From contig NC_068985.1 of NCBI RefSeq assembly GCF_001194135.2, forward strand, positions 3,374,318-3,430,016: a DNA stretch of 55,699 nt. The letters are read 5' to 3'. This DNA comes from Octopus bimaculoides. Lineage: Eukaryota. Each line of letters starts with the position of its first letter. Positions within the stretch are counted from its first letter, which is position 1. Positions 11,719 through 23,823 of this stretch are shown one piece after another. The position numbers and the translations under genes are program-made. Under the pieces are notes generated by a model. It was not told where the DNA came from, did no database searches, and was given only the letters and a program-made list of their open reading frames with translations.

Positions 11719-12369
11719 NNNNNNNNNNNNNNNNNNNNNNNNNNNNNNNNNNNNNNNNNNNNNNNNNNNNNNNNNNNNNNNNNNNNNNNNNNNNNNNNNN
11801 NNNNNNNNNNNNNNNNNNNNNNNNNNNNNNNNNNNNNNNNNNNNNNNNNNNNNNNNNNNNNNNNNNNNNNNNNNNNNNNNNNNNNNNNNNNNNNNNNNNN
11901 NNNNNNNNNNNNNNTATATATATGCTCTCTTCCTCTCTGCAATACACGCACATTCTGTTATCAGCTTTTTCATATCTTGTCAAATTGAAAGCGAACCGTT
12001 CCCATTAACACCACCGCATATCATGGAGTAAGGTCCAACAATAGTCAAAAGTCTGTTTGTACTTAATTCAACAAAAAACAGTGGAAATATTTATTCATTT
12101 AGTAGCAGGAGTTTTTTTACACTCACACACACACACACTTATAAATAAATATTTAGAGTTATTAACACAATCGGCCGTGACGAAAGACATCGTTACATCT
12201 CCATTGTATCAAGTTCAACATATCCACTCTGCACTTAACTCTTTGCAGCTCATGTTAGACTAAACCAAACTTTGGTTCTCGGACTCACAGACAGGTATTG
12301 TAGCGTATCAGGATCCTTGCTAAAAGGTAAGTGAAGAAATCCACTGTAATTCTTTATGTCTCATAGAAA

Positions 12370-13110
12370 GCATAAAATTATGAATGACCGGGGATTTTAA
12401 TCTTTGTCTGCAAGTCTTAAGATACTTCCAGTTATCAACATGTAACTAATCCTAACGCTAGAAAGCAAGTGGTCGATATGATAGGGGACCTCAACCTTGT
12501 AGATATTTGGAGAGATCATAACCCAGAAACACAAGGCTATACTTGGAGACGTTCAAAGCCTATTAGACAAGTAAGGCTAGATTTCTTTCCGGTGTCACAG
12601 AATTTGTATTCATTCATTTGCCAGTCTTCTATAAAGGTTGGGTACAGATCAGACCGTTCTCTTGTAGACATCAAAATAAAATTTTCCAAAGAAGAAGACC
12701 GTAAATGTACATAGTGGAAATTTAATAACTTCCTATTAAGAGATCCCAAATACGTCTCAGCGGTGAAGGAAACCATTAACGGCGTGGTTAAGCAATACGC
12801 CCCCACTTTAGATCTTGACAGATATTAATTCAATTAATATACCTGAGATTGAATTTATTATAAATGCTCACTTGTTTTTGGAAACGCTGTTAAAGGAAAT
12901 CAGAGGGAAAACTATTTCATAGTCTTCATTCTTAAAAAAATCTGGAGTAAAAAAAGAACAAGATCTACTAGATGATATTAAGCAACTGGAAACCAATTTG
13001 GTAGAAATTGAAAAAGTCAAGGAAAAAAAAAAAGATTTAGAAGAGATTCGTAAAGCAAAAATGGTGAGTATTATAATTCGCTCAAAGGCCAAGTGAATAG
13101 ATTTCAATGG
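12370..13110 (+). mobile_element. L1/Tx1-clade LINE ORF2 endonuclease relic
   Basis: LVDIWRDHNP...YTW......RLDFF.VS, then WKFNN.LL and ETLLKEIRGKTISYSS. Contains stops. Confidence 0.85.
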
Positions 13111-13154
13111 CTTGGAATAGCAACCAAATCTCCCTCAGATCGAACGTTGTCACC

Positions 13155-13559
13155 CAGGGCCGGATTAAGATCCATAGAGGCCTGAAGCACTTAAAAGATG
13201 TATATGTAATTTGAAATATAAACAATAATAAACCTTAAAATAAATTTTTATTATTTAAAATGAGACAAAACTAACAGAAAGATGGAAAATAATGTTTATT
13301 TTTGTATACTTCCATTTTATTTATATTTGAAAAATTTTCTTCTTTTTTTAATTGCAAAGTCTTTGATCAAATCCTCACTATGACGCTATGAACACTTCGA
13401 AATTATATTTCCGATCATATAAACCACTTCCAATATTATTTTAGCAAGTTTAAAGAGATTTTTGTGTGTGCCGTAAACCATTTACCATTTCTGTGGTGTC
13501 TCCCTTCCTTTGATAGCCCAAGCACGTGTTTATTTTGCGAAATGGTTAATCCAACGCTG
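13155..13559. mobile_element. hAT-like non-autonomous element
   Basis: TIR CAGGGCCGGATTA / TAATCCAACGCTG; degenerate 8-bp flanks (5 of 8 match); homologous to 33998-34544. Confidence 0.7.
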
Positions 13560-13903
13560 CTGTTATCTTGAATAAGGAAAGGATACATGGGCGAATTTAA
13601 TGCTAAACATAATCAATGGCATTTCAGCTGTCTGTCACAAAAAAGAGGGGGTGGATATGGCTAAAATATCTTTGATCAAAGGTCTGATCGATCGAATTCA
13701 ACTCAAGGACAGTTAGGAAGATACACACAGGTACACACATACGTACGTATATATGTAAGTGTGTGTGTGTGTTGTGTGTGAGCGTATGTATTTGTGCGTA
13801 TGTATGTGTGCGTATGTTTGTGTGTTTGTATGTGTATGTGTGCGTACTTGTTTGCTAGTGTGTGTATGTATTTATGCATGTATATATCTATCTATATGTA
13901 TGC

Positions 13904-13978
<75 letters not shown>

Positions 13979-14092
13979 TTTTAATGGGGAAGGCCGGTTT
14001 ATGGGATTGGGAAACCTAGGGTAATCCCATTAACTGGCCTTCCCCATTAAAATATATACACTGTTCTTCATCTCAGAGTGTGCTTCTTCTCT

Positions 14093-14146
<54 letters not shown>

Positions 14147-14431
14147 ATGTAGGTATGTATGTATGTATGTATGTATGTATAATGTATGTATAATGTGGCA
14201 GAATCGTTAGCACGCAGGGTAAAATTCTTCGCGGCATTGTGTCCGTCTTTATGTTCTGAGTTCAAATCATGCTAGGGTAGACTTTGTCTTTCATCCTTTC
14301 GTGATTGATGTAATCGACCTATCCCCTTCCCAGAAATTGCTGTGCCAACATTTGAAACACACACACACACACACACATCCAAGGAAAAGAAGAGAAAGAA
14401 AATTCTTTAACACATCTTTAATCATAAGTTA

Positions 14432-15270
14432 TAAATAGTAAATAATATATATATATATATATATANNNNNNNNNNNNNNNNNNNATATATACATACATAC
14501 ATATATGGATACAGGACGTCACCAACGGTTCAAATAACATGAAATACGTAAGCAATGAGAAAAAAATAGAAAACAGGGCAGGTATACACAGAGAAAGGAC
14601 CCTTCATGAGTTGTCAGCTGTCTATCTACTCGTCATTTCGTGCATTCAGTGACAATATGAGTCTTCAAAGACAGTTGTTTCCATAAATTCTAAAATAAAA
14701 TTTAGGATTTATGGAGAGTCAAAGTTAGGAACAAAAGCAGGACAGTGGAGACATACAAGGAAACCGAACGAAAACATACAAACATGGAGGGTCATTAGAC
14801 CAGAACGAGAGCAAAAGAGTGAATGCTGTGAGAAACATTTTTTGGAAAACAGAAGAGAGAAAAAAAAACGTCCGTTCTTTTGAACGTCTATGCAGGAAAA
14901 GAAAGATGGTCACGTGGGGAAAAGAAAGATGGACAATGGTCACGTGTGAGCAACGAGAGGGAAAGAGGAGGAGAGAGAGACATAGAAAACGGTGAAGGAG
15001 GAAGGGGGAGAAAAAGGGAATTAGAGAAGGATAGAGGAAGAAAACACTATAGAGAAGAGAGTCGCATCAAAAAGGTGAAGATGAACTTACTTAGAAATGG
15101 ATGCGTGGCATTCAACTAAATAATAAATAGTAAATAATATATATATATATATATACATACATGCATATATGGGCACAGGACATCACCAACGTCTCAGACA
15201 ACATGAAATACGTAAACAAAGAAAAAAAAATGGAAAACAGGACAAGTAAACACAGAGAAAGGACCCTCCA
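14432..15270. repeat. Direct repeat about 690 bp apart, Penelope-like pLTR appearance
   Basis: TAAATAGTAAATAAT(AT)n...ACAGGA.GTCACCAACG...CATGAAATACGTAA...ACACAGAGAAAGGACCCT occurs at about 14432-14610 and about 15123-15270. Confidence 0.55.
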
Positions 15271-16353
15271 TCAGTATCTTGCTCAAGAACATGATGTGCC
15301 ACATGGTCTGGGAAACGAAACCACGATCAACTGATCATGAACGCACCACCTTAACCACTAGGCCACTTGTCTTTGCAAATTACATCATGTATAGAAAAAG
15401 CAGTTAGGATAGTCATGGTTAGAATATCTTTGATTAAGGGTTTGCTGAATCAGAAGTTATTGGAGCTGACTACAACCACGAAGAATAGCAATGTATGACA
15501 AACAAAAGGCTCTTCCAACACTTATGTGTTATAAGACTTGTAACACTTATGGAACACTTCTTGAATATTTAGCATCTTTTCCAGTTTCCAGGGTTTCGTA
15601 AAATTGGTCCATCTTATTTTTCATGGAGCTTGAATTTAAGTTAACTTGTGAATTCAGGGCAAGCCCTACTTTTCAACTAACTAAAACAATTGGGAACAGA
15701 TTTAATACGTAAAAATTTATATTGTTAAAAAAAAAGCCTTGTTAGACATAAATATTTAAAATCCCATTGCTGTTGTAAAACAACAGCAAAATCTCAACAA
15801 AAAGCTTTGTGCTGTGCTTCAGTGCACAGAGGGAATGGAAGATACTAGAATAATAATCTTGGCTTAACTCTGAATAAGATAGGATTCAAAGAGGTCTACA
15901 AGTAGAAAATGGTTGAGAAGCACTGTTATAGAGACTTGTTTATTGGTTGGATTGTTAGGTTGTCTGTTAATGGAATAATAATGGAACATTTGGAGATGGC
16001 ATAAGTTCCTGAAGATGGAACACATAAATGTAATTGCCAGATGCATGGCTGTCTGGTCGTAATCTGTATTCTTCATTATTTGTGTTTCCGTTCATAGCAT
16101 AAATATTGGTTCCAAACTTTGGCATAAGGCCAGCAATTTGAGGGCTGGGGGTAAGTTGATTACATCAACCTCAGTACATAACTGGTACTTATTTTATCAA
16201 CTCTGATAGGATGAAAGCAAAATCGACTTTGGCGGAATTTGAACTCAGAATGTGAGGACGGAAGAATTTCCACTAAGCATTTAGCCTGGCACTCTAACAA
16301 TTCTGCCAGCTCACCATTTTAAAATGCCACATTAATATTAACAGTACAATTGT

Positions 16354-16713
16354 GACACTCTGTTGGTTATGACAACGAGGGTTCCAGTTGATCCAATCAA
16401 CGGAACAGTCTGCTAGTGGCTGAGCACTCCACAGACATCTGTACCCTTAATGTAGTTCTCGGGGAGATTCAGCGTGACACAGAGTGTGACAAGGCTGGCC
16501 CCTTTGAATTACAGGTACAACAGAAACAGGAAGTAAGAGTGAGAGAAAGTTGTGGTGAAAGAGTACAGCAAGGTTCGCCCCACCCTGCCAAAGCCTCGTG
16601 GAGCTTCAGGCGTTTTTGTTCACTAAGCACCAACAAAGCCTGGTCTGAGAATTAAAACCGCGATCCCATGAGGCAAGTCCGCTGCCCTAACCACTGGGCC
16701 ACTGCGCCTCCAC
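16354..16713 (-). mobile_element. SINE family C
   Basis: Homologous to 5778-6162. Confidence 0.88.
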
Positions 16714-17061
16714 TATCAACAGTACAATAAATATTGGTGTACACTGTTTAGCAACTGAGATACTTGACGATTCACGTAGAATCAATAGCATGTAACAATT
16801 TTTTATGAATCATCCAAAGAATAAAAGAATGCAACGCGAAATGTCATGAAATTAATTGCTACATTCCGTTCTTGTTCGTTAGATCAGAATTTAATTTTCT
16901 TTCAAAAGTTTTATTGTCTTTCACCATCCAATAAAATCGCTGAAACAACTTTTGAGTTTAGGAAGGATATTAGAATGGTATTGAGAACATATATAATTAA
17001 TATATATATATATATATACAAGACTTCTATGTTCGATTTCCTTTCCTTTCCNNNNNNNNNN

Positions 17062-17121
<60 letters not shown>

Positions 17122-17263
17122 TAAATTTGTAATATTTTTCTTTCCGTATATTTCCAGAATTACCATTTTTTTTGGCATATAATTGCCAGGCATCCACGCT
17201 AGAGAGATCACTGAGGAATATAAGCTTGATATCCATATTGAATTATTGAAATTACATCCGATA

Positions 17264-17360
17264 ATGCTTCTACGGAAAATATCACTTTTGATGCAGATTT
17301 TATTTTTGACCTGTTGCCCAAATTCTTCATGGGGAACGCCCTGGAACTGCACTGTTACTG
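17264..17360 (+). CDS. LolA/EPDR-like membrane protein exon 1 (signal peptide)
   Basis: [32 protein letters not shown]; donor G|GTAAGA, phase 1. A probable acceptor at 17157 (TTTCCAG|) suggests an upstream non-coding exon. Confidence 0.8.
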
Positions 17361-17998
17361 GTAAGACGTACACTTTCTTCTCAGTAGGGTCCTTTCTTAT
17401 TCTTCCACAAAGCGATTTTAATCCTTGTAGTGGACATTACAAACTCTTTATTGATTCCTGTCCATTTTCTTCTCATTTTCTTCATCATTATCTGTTTTTT
17501 GCTCAATATGGGAAGTTTGAAAGCTCATAACTTGCTGTAAGTTTAGTGAATTAGACATTGGGTTGGCTACTCCAGTAGACACTTCTGGCATGCTAACCAC
17601 TAATTTAGCTTTGAAGGAAACTTTGGTAGGATCACTATAACATATTCATCTTCTAGGAGAAAACTCCTCAACATTCAACAGAACAAAACAACATGAAACT
17701 TTGGTTAGACTTCCAATTATGGCACAAACTTAAACAACAACTGAAATTATCGTAAACCAAACAGATTGTCAGTTCTATATTTAAGAGATGAGAAATTATG
17801 TACATTATTTACATTATTTACATTATTTACATTTGACAGACATTTCTCCTCATCTTGTTTGTTGTTAACTCAACGTTTCGGCTGATATACCCTCCAGCCT
17901 TCTTCAGGTGTCTTGGGGGAAATTTTGAACCAGGGTTCTCATTCCTAAGGTATTTTTCAATGTTATTATTATTCCGAGTTTGATTGCAGGCAGTGACA

Positions 17999-18095
<97 letters not shown>

Positions 18096-18675
18096 TCGAA
18101 AAATACCTTAGGAATGAGAAATTTCCTGAAGACACCTGATGAAGGCTGGAGAGTATATCAGTCGAAACATTGTGTTAAAAACAAACAAGATGAGGACAAA
18201 TATCCGTCAAATGTAAATAATGTACAAACATATTTTATTTCTCAGTTTAATTTGATTTCTCCTTGAATCTAATTTTAGTGTTGTCTTATTTCTGTCAGGT
18301 CTAGTCAGACTGCTGTCATTCCCGTTACCAGAGAAGTATTCAGTTCAAGTTGAGTCTAAACTCATCAACAGCTCAACTATAAATCTATTGCACGAAGTCT
18401 ATTTTCAGAACATTTCGAAGCTAACAGTCACAAATTTAACTCACGTTACACATTGTTTGTATGATTACAACTTTAACCAACTTGTAACAACAGTCACAGG
18501 TAAGCAGCAGATTGATGGAAATTCCAGAAACTTAAAAATACCAGAAACTTAAAAATACCATCATTTCTAATGACATCAACCATGTGTCACTTTGGGCAAA
18601 AGTCTTCGACTATAGCTTTGGGCTGACCAAAGCCTTGTTAATGGATTTGTACACAGAAGCTGAAAACATCCAGTT

Positions 18676-18706
<31 letters not shown>

Positions 18707-18863
18707 CATCATCATCATCATTATTATCGTTTAATGTCCGCTTTCCATACTGGAATGGGTTGGACGGTTTGAATGAGGGCTGGTGAGCCAGAAGGCTGCA
18801 CCAGGCTCCAATCTGATCTGGCAAGGTTTTTACAGCTGGATGCCCTTACACACACATACATAT

Positions 18864-18898
<35 letters not shown>

Positions 18899-18956
18899 CG
18901 CACACACACGCATGCACGCACGCACACACACAAACACACACACACACACAAACACA

Positions 18957-18998
<42 letters not shown>

Positions 18999-19371
18999 TA
19001 TATGATGGATTTCTTTCAGTTTCTGCCAACCAAATTCACTCACAAGGCTTTGGCTGGCCCCAAACAGCGGGGCTGAACTGGTGCCATGTGGTTGGGAAGC
19101 AAGCTTTTTACTACACTGCCATGCCTGTTTTTCCATGTGAATAGATGAATGTACTAATTGACTAAATGAATTTATAAAGAAATTTCTAATCAATTGAGGC
19201 ACCCATGGACAGTTAATCAATATTTCAATATGCTTGCAAATATTGTTGCTTATATATTGTCATGCTTTTTTCATTTTTTCAATTGTTTGAATAATCGTTA
19301 ATACGAAACAATTCCAGGAGCTGCAATTCTTTTCCTCAATTATAAATAGAAGCACTTATCAATCCATATGT

Positions 19372-19413
<42 letters not shown>

Positions 19414-22400
19414 GCACATGCATATATTCAGTAGTATCGGTGCCAAGCTTAGGCATAAACACACTTTAGGTTATAATGTTTTAACTAACCTAAAGTTCTC
19501 ATATATATATATATATATATATATACAGTAATGTTTGTCACCACTTTTATGTGGTTGTTCCATACAGAACAATGCCACTACCTTTTTAACCCAAGGAAGA
19601 CATCTTCTTTTCCAGCTGGTTAATGACACACAACCTCTGCTTGTGATATTGCAAGCAAGGGAGCAAACCACTCCTACCCCAGCGTGGCAAGAACAGCTGA
19701 CCAGCTGCTTTCTGGGTGTGTAACTGTCCCCAGTACTGGATGCTCGCCTGCTAGAGATGGCAGCTATCCGTCCCTCCTCACAATATAGAAGCAAAGAAGC
19801 GACAATCAGCTGCTGATCTTGCAATGAGTGAAAGGAGTTGGTTTTAAAATCTCTGAAAAGGATTCGCATAATAACAGTTCGAAACAGTAATGTTTGTTGC
19901 CACTTTTACATGGCTCTTCCTTGCAGAACATACATACATACATACATACATACATACATACACACATACTTACATACATACACATATACTTACATACATA
20001 CATACATACATACATACATGTATGTTTGTATGTGTATATATGTATGTATGTATGTATGTAAAAAAAAGAAGAGATCTAAGGAAGAATGTTACGATCGAGG
20101 TGAATCACAATGACGTTTCTGTGCGCACAGTTTGTGGCAGACGATGCCTTTCTTTTGCTGGGCTCAAATCTCATTTGCGAACCCATGGAAAACTAACCTC
20201 CACCAACTATTCTGCCTATGTCTGTGCACACCTTTCAATGCAAGGTATGCCAGAAGGTTTGCAAATCCAACGGAGACCTCAAAAGACATTTTAAGATCTA
20301 CAAAGATCAGAACTTAACTGTAGCTCTTGGTGGTCCAAATCGGATGTGCAATCTATGTGGGTGTCTTTTCAAAACAGTGTCTGGTTTAAAAAGCCACATC
20401 AGATGCCATGAGGGTTCTAAGGTGTAGGCACAGGAGGTGGTCAAACGCTGTATAAAGAGTAGACAACCGCCATGTATGTATGTATGTATGTATGTATGTG
20501 TGTGTGTTTGTGTGTGTGTGTGTATGTATGTAAATGAAGATGATATAGTCAGCTTTTAATACACATATCTTCTTTTGATACACATATCTTTTAATATAGA
20601 TTTGAAAGGAACAAGAATAGGTTCTTGCTCTGTAAATCCACTGCAAAAGCTCTCACCCTGTGTACCTGGTCATACAGAGACTATACCACTTTTTCAAATT
20701 TCACATCATGGAACCTGGGTAAGATGTTTCTTCATATTAATAAATTGTTATTTATAAAATAGATTGAACTTTTTCTATGCATATGTTTTTAATTCAATTT
20801 TGATTTATTAGTTACATCATTTTTGTGCCTTTTATGTTTCTGGGGTACCTATAAAATAATTTCGTGGAGCAGGTCCTTCCCTCAGATTGAATTTGCACAG
20901 TTTGAATTCTATTTGCGGATATTTTCATTAGCAAAAACCGAATCTTTCAGATGGAGTAAAATGTCTCCAGCAAAAATATGGCCCTTGAATTATATAGAAA
21001 CACATTCCAAGTTTTCCATTGTTAATGTCATCAGTCAGAATTGTCTTAGAGGACAATAAATGGCACCAAACCTGAAGAGAAAAGACAGAACTTGACAAAT
21101 ATAACAAATAGATGAAATGAATGCCATAGGTTTAGTGACCTGAGTGAAGCATAACAACTGGCTTATGTTTGCATTTGGCTGTTTTCACAGCTATGGTTGT
21201 TAAATTACTGTGTAGCAAAAACAAGCGCCTACACTAACACCATTTTGCAAGTAAAGTCTTCATTCCCCCTCAACACAGATTCTTCTACTATGAACACGAC
21301 TCCACAAACTCACTCCACTTTTTTTTCTTTGAACCACTGTGTTCTGTGTAAATGTCTAACAATGAAAAAAAGTTGTGTCTGTGGAGAGTCATTCTCTTTT
21401 GGTGCCTTATAATTTAACACACTCACCGGTAAAATTTCCACTTACCGGTGAGTGTGTTAAATTATAAGGCACCAAAAGAGAATGACTCTCCCCAGACACA
21501 ACAAAATATGCTTCAACACACGAACTCACATAAAGAATCTTGCAAACCAAATCCAAAAACGAAATAAAAAAGTGATGAACTGAAAATGAGAAAAACAAAT
21601 CTACGTTCCTTATTCACCTAATACCTCCCTCACCTTATTGTTAAATACCAGTTATATGCCAGGGAAAGTATAATTCATCTAAAAAGAATTTGTTAGCTTA
21701 TACTTATGAAAATCCTTTCCAGACCTATGGTAACATGGTGGTGGAACAATACTGTAGACAGGGCCATTAGAGCAAAGAAACAAGCCTTGAAGGACTGGAC
21801 AAGTGGTGGGTAACAGGGAGCTGTATCAGATAACCAAAAGGGAAGGGAAGCTAGGGGACAGGTATATCTAGCCAAGAGAGTAGCAGAAAAGAAGTTTGCT
21901 AATGTTCTGGAATGTGAGGACCAAAGAGCGGAAGTATTTCGGATTGCAAGACAGTGTGTGATAGAAATGTGTCTGCATGGATGATGGTGCACTTGCATTT
22001 AATGATTCTGCAAGGAAAGAGGCTTGAAGATGCCATTATGACAGATTGCTGAATGTAGAGAATGAATGGGTGGAGGAGAGTCTGCCAAAGGTTGACCCCC
22101 TTGAGGGACCAGCTACCTGCATCAACAGTATCCTGTTGCATCATCCAAACGTAGTCAATGCAGTGCCCCCTGGCTGGATCCCATGCTGGTGATACATAAA
22201 AGGCACCATCTGAACATGGTCAATGCCAGCCCCCTTGCTCCGACTGGCTCTTGTGCCAGTGGCACATAAAAAGCACCATCCGAAGGTGGTCGATGCCAGC
22301 ACCACTCCTTCCCCCTTGCCTGAACTGGTTCCTGTACTGGTGACACATAAAAAGCACCATCTGAACATGGTCGATGCCAGCATCCCCCACTCCGACTGGC

Positions 22401-22821
22401 TCTTCTGCCGGTGGCACGTAAAAGGCACCATCTGAATGTGGCCGATGCCACCCTCTCCCACCCCAACTGGCTCCTGTGCTAGTGGGACATAAGAAGCACC
22501 ATCCAAACTAGGTTGATGCCAGCTCTGCCCCGACTAGCTCCTGTGCTGGTGGCATGTAAAAATCACCATCTGAATGTGATCATTGCCAGGCCTGTCTGAC
22601 TGGCTCCTGTGCCAGTGGCACGTAAAAGCATCCACTACACTCTCGGAGCAGTTGGTGTTAGGAAGGGCATTCAGCTGTAGAAACGTTGCCAGATCAAATT
22701 GGAGCCTGGTGCCGCCGCTGGCTCTCCAGGCCTCAGTCAAACCATCCAACCCATGCCAGCATGGAAAACGGACGTTAAACGATGATGATGTTGATGTTGA
22801 TGATGATGTTGATGATGATGT

Positions 22822-22855
<34 letters not shown>

Positions 22856-23741
22856 AAATCCTAAGCATAGCTGTAACTGTTACCATTTAAACACATACAG
22901 TCACGATATAAAAAAAGAATGTTGTTGTTATAGTTGCTGTATTGAAGACAGTGAGCTGGCAGAATCATCAGCATGCTGGATGAAATGCTGAGCAGCATTT
23001 CATTCACCTATGTTCTGAGTTCAAATTTCACTGAGGTCGATTTATCTTTCATCCTTTCAGGGGTCAATAAAATAAATACCAGTTGTTTACTGGGGTGGAC
23101 GTAATCGACTACCCCTTCTCCCAAATTTCAGGCCTTGTGCCTATAGTAGAAAGGCTTACATTTGGTGTATTCTTATTGACATTATTTACATTTGACAGAT
23201 ATTTCTCCTCATCTTGTTTGTTGTTAACACAACGTTTCGGCTGATGTACCCTCCAGCCTTCATCAGGTGTCTTGGGGAAATTTCGAACCTGGCTTCTCAT
23301 TCCTAAAGTATTTTTCGATGTAATAATAATAATAATAATATCGAAAAATACCTTAGGAATGAAAACCCAGTTTCGAAATTCCCCAAGACACCTGACGAAT
23401 GCTGGAGGTTATATCAGCCAAAACATTGTGTTAACAACAAACAAGATGAGCACAAATATCCGTCAAATGTAAATAATGCAAATAATTCCTCGTCTCTTAA
23501 ATCTGGAACTGTATTTGGTGCATTGTTCTCTTCTGACTTCTCTACTCAGTTTGCGAAATTACAATTAAAAAAAAAAAGAACTCAGAACAAGCTTTTGCTT
23601 TGTTTTAATTGCCACGTCACTGCTTTTGTTGTTGACTTTGGAACTATTGACCAATTTTACCTGTATCACATCAACACTTTCTATCCTATCCTCATCACCA
23701 TCCCCATCATCACCAATATCCTCCTCCTCACCATCATCATT

Positions 23742-23823
<82 letters not shown>

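Larger units (their letters stand above)
17810..18230. mobile_element. Inverted pair of the roughly 150-bp hammerhead-bearing (Penelope-like) repeat around (AAT)n
   Basis: Minus copy about 17810-17970, short spacer plus (AAT)n, then plus copy about 18093-18230. Confidence 0.8.

Noticed and set aside
13759-14024. ORFs made of VC/YI/HT, poly-D, poly-S, poly-M or poly-H runs (also 18724-19220, 19838-20294, 22782-22991, 23523-23882, 50168-50458)
   Set aside because: These are translations of microsatellites.
21193-21252. Possible extra exon [20 protein letters not shown] between exons 3 and 4
   Set aside because: The donor is weak, and the direct exon 3-4 join already matches the spacing seen in domain 2; it cannot be fully excluded without RNA-seq.
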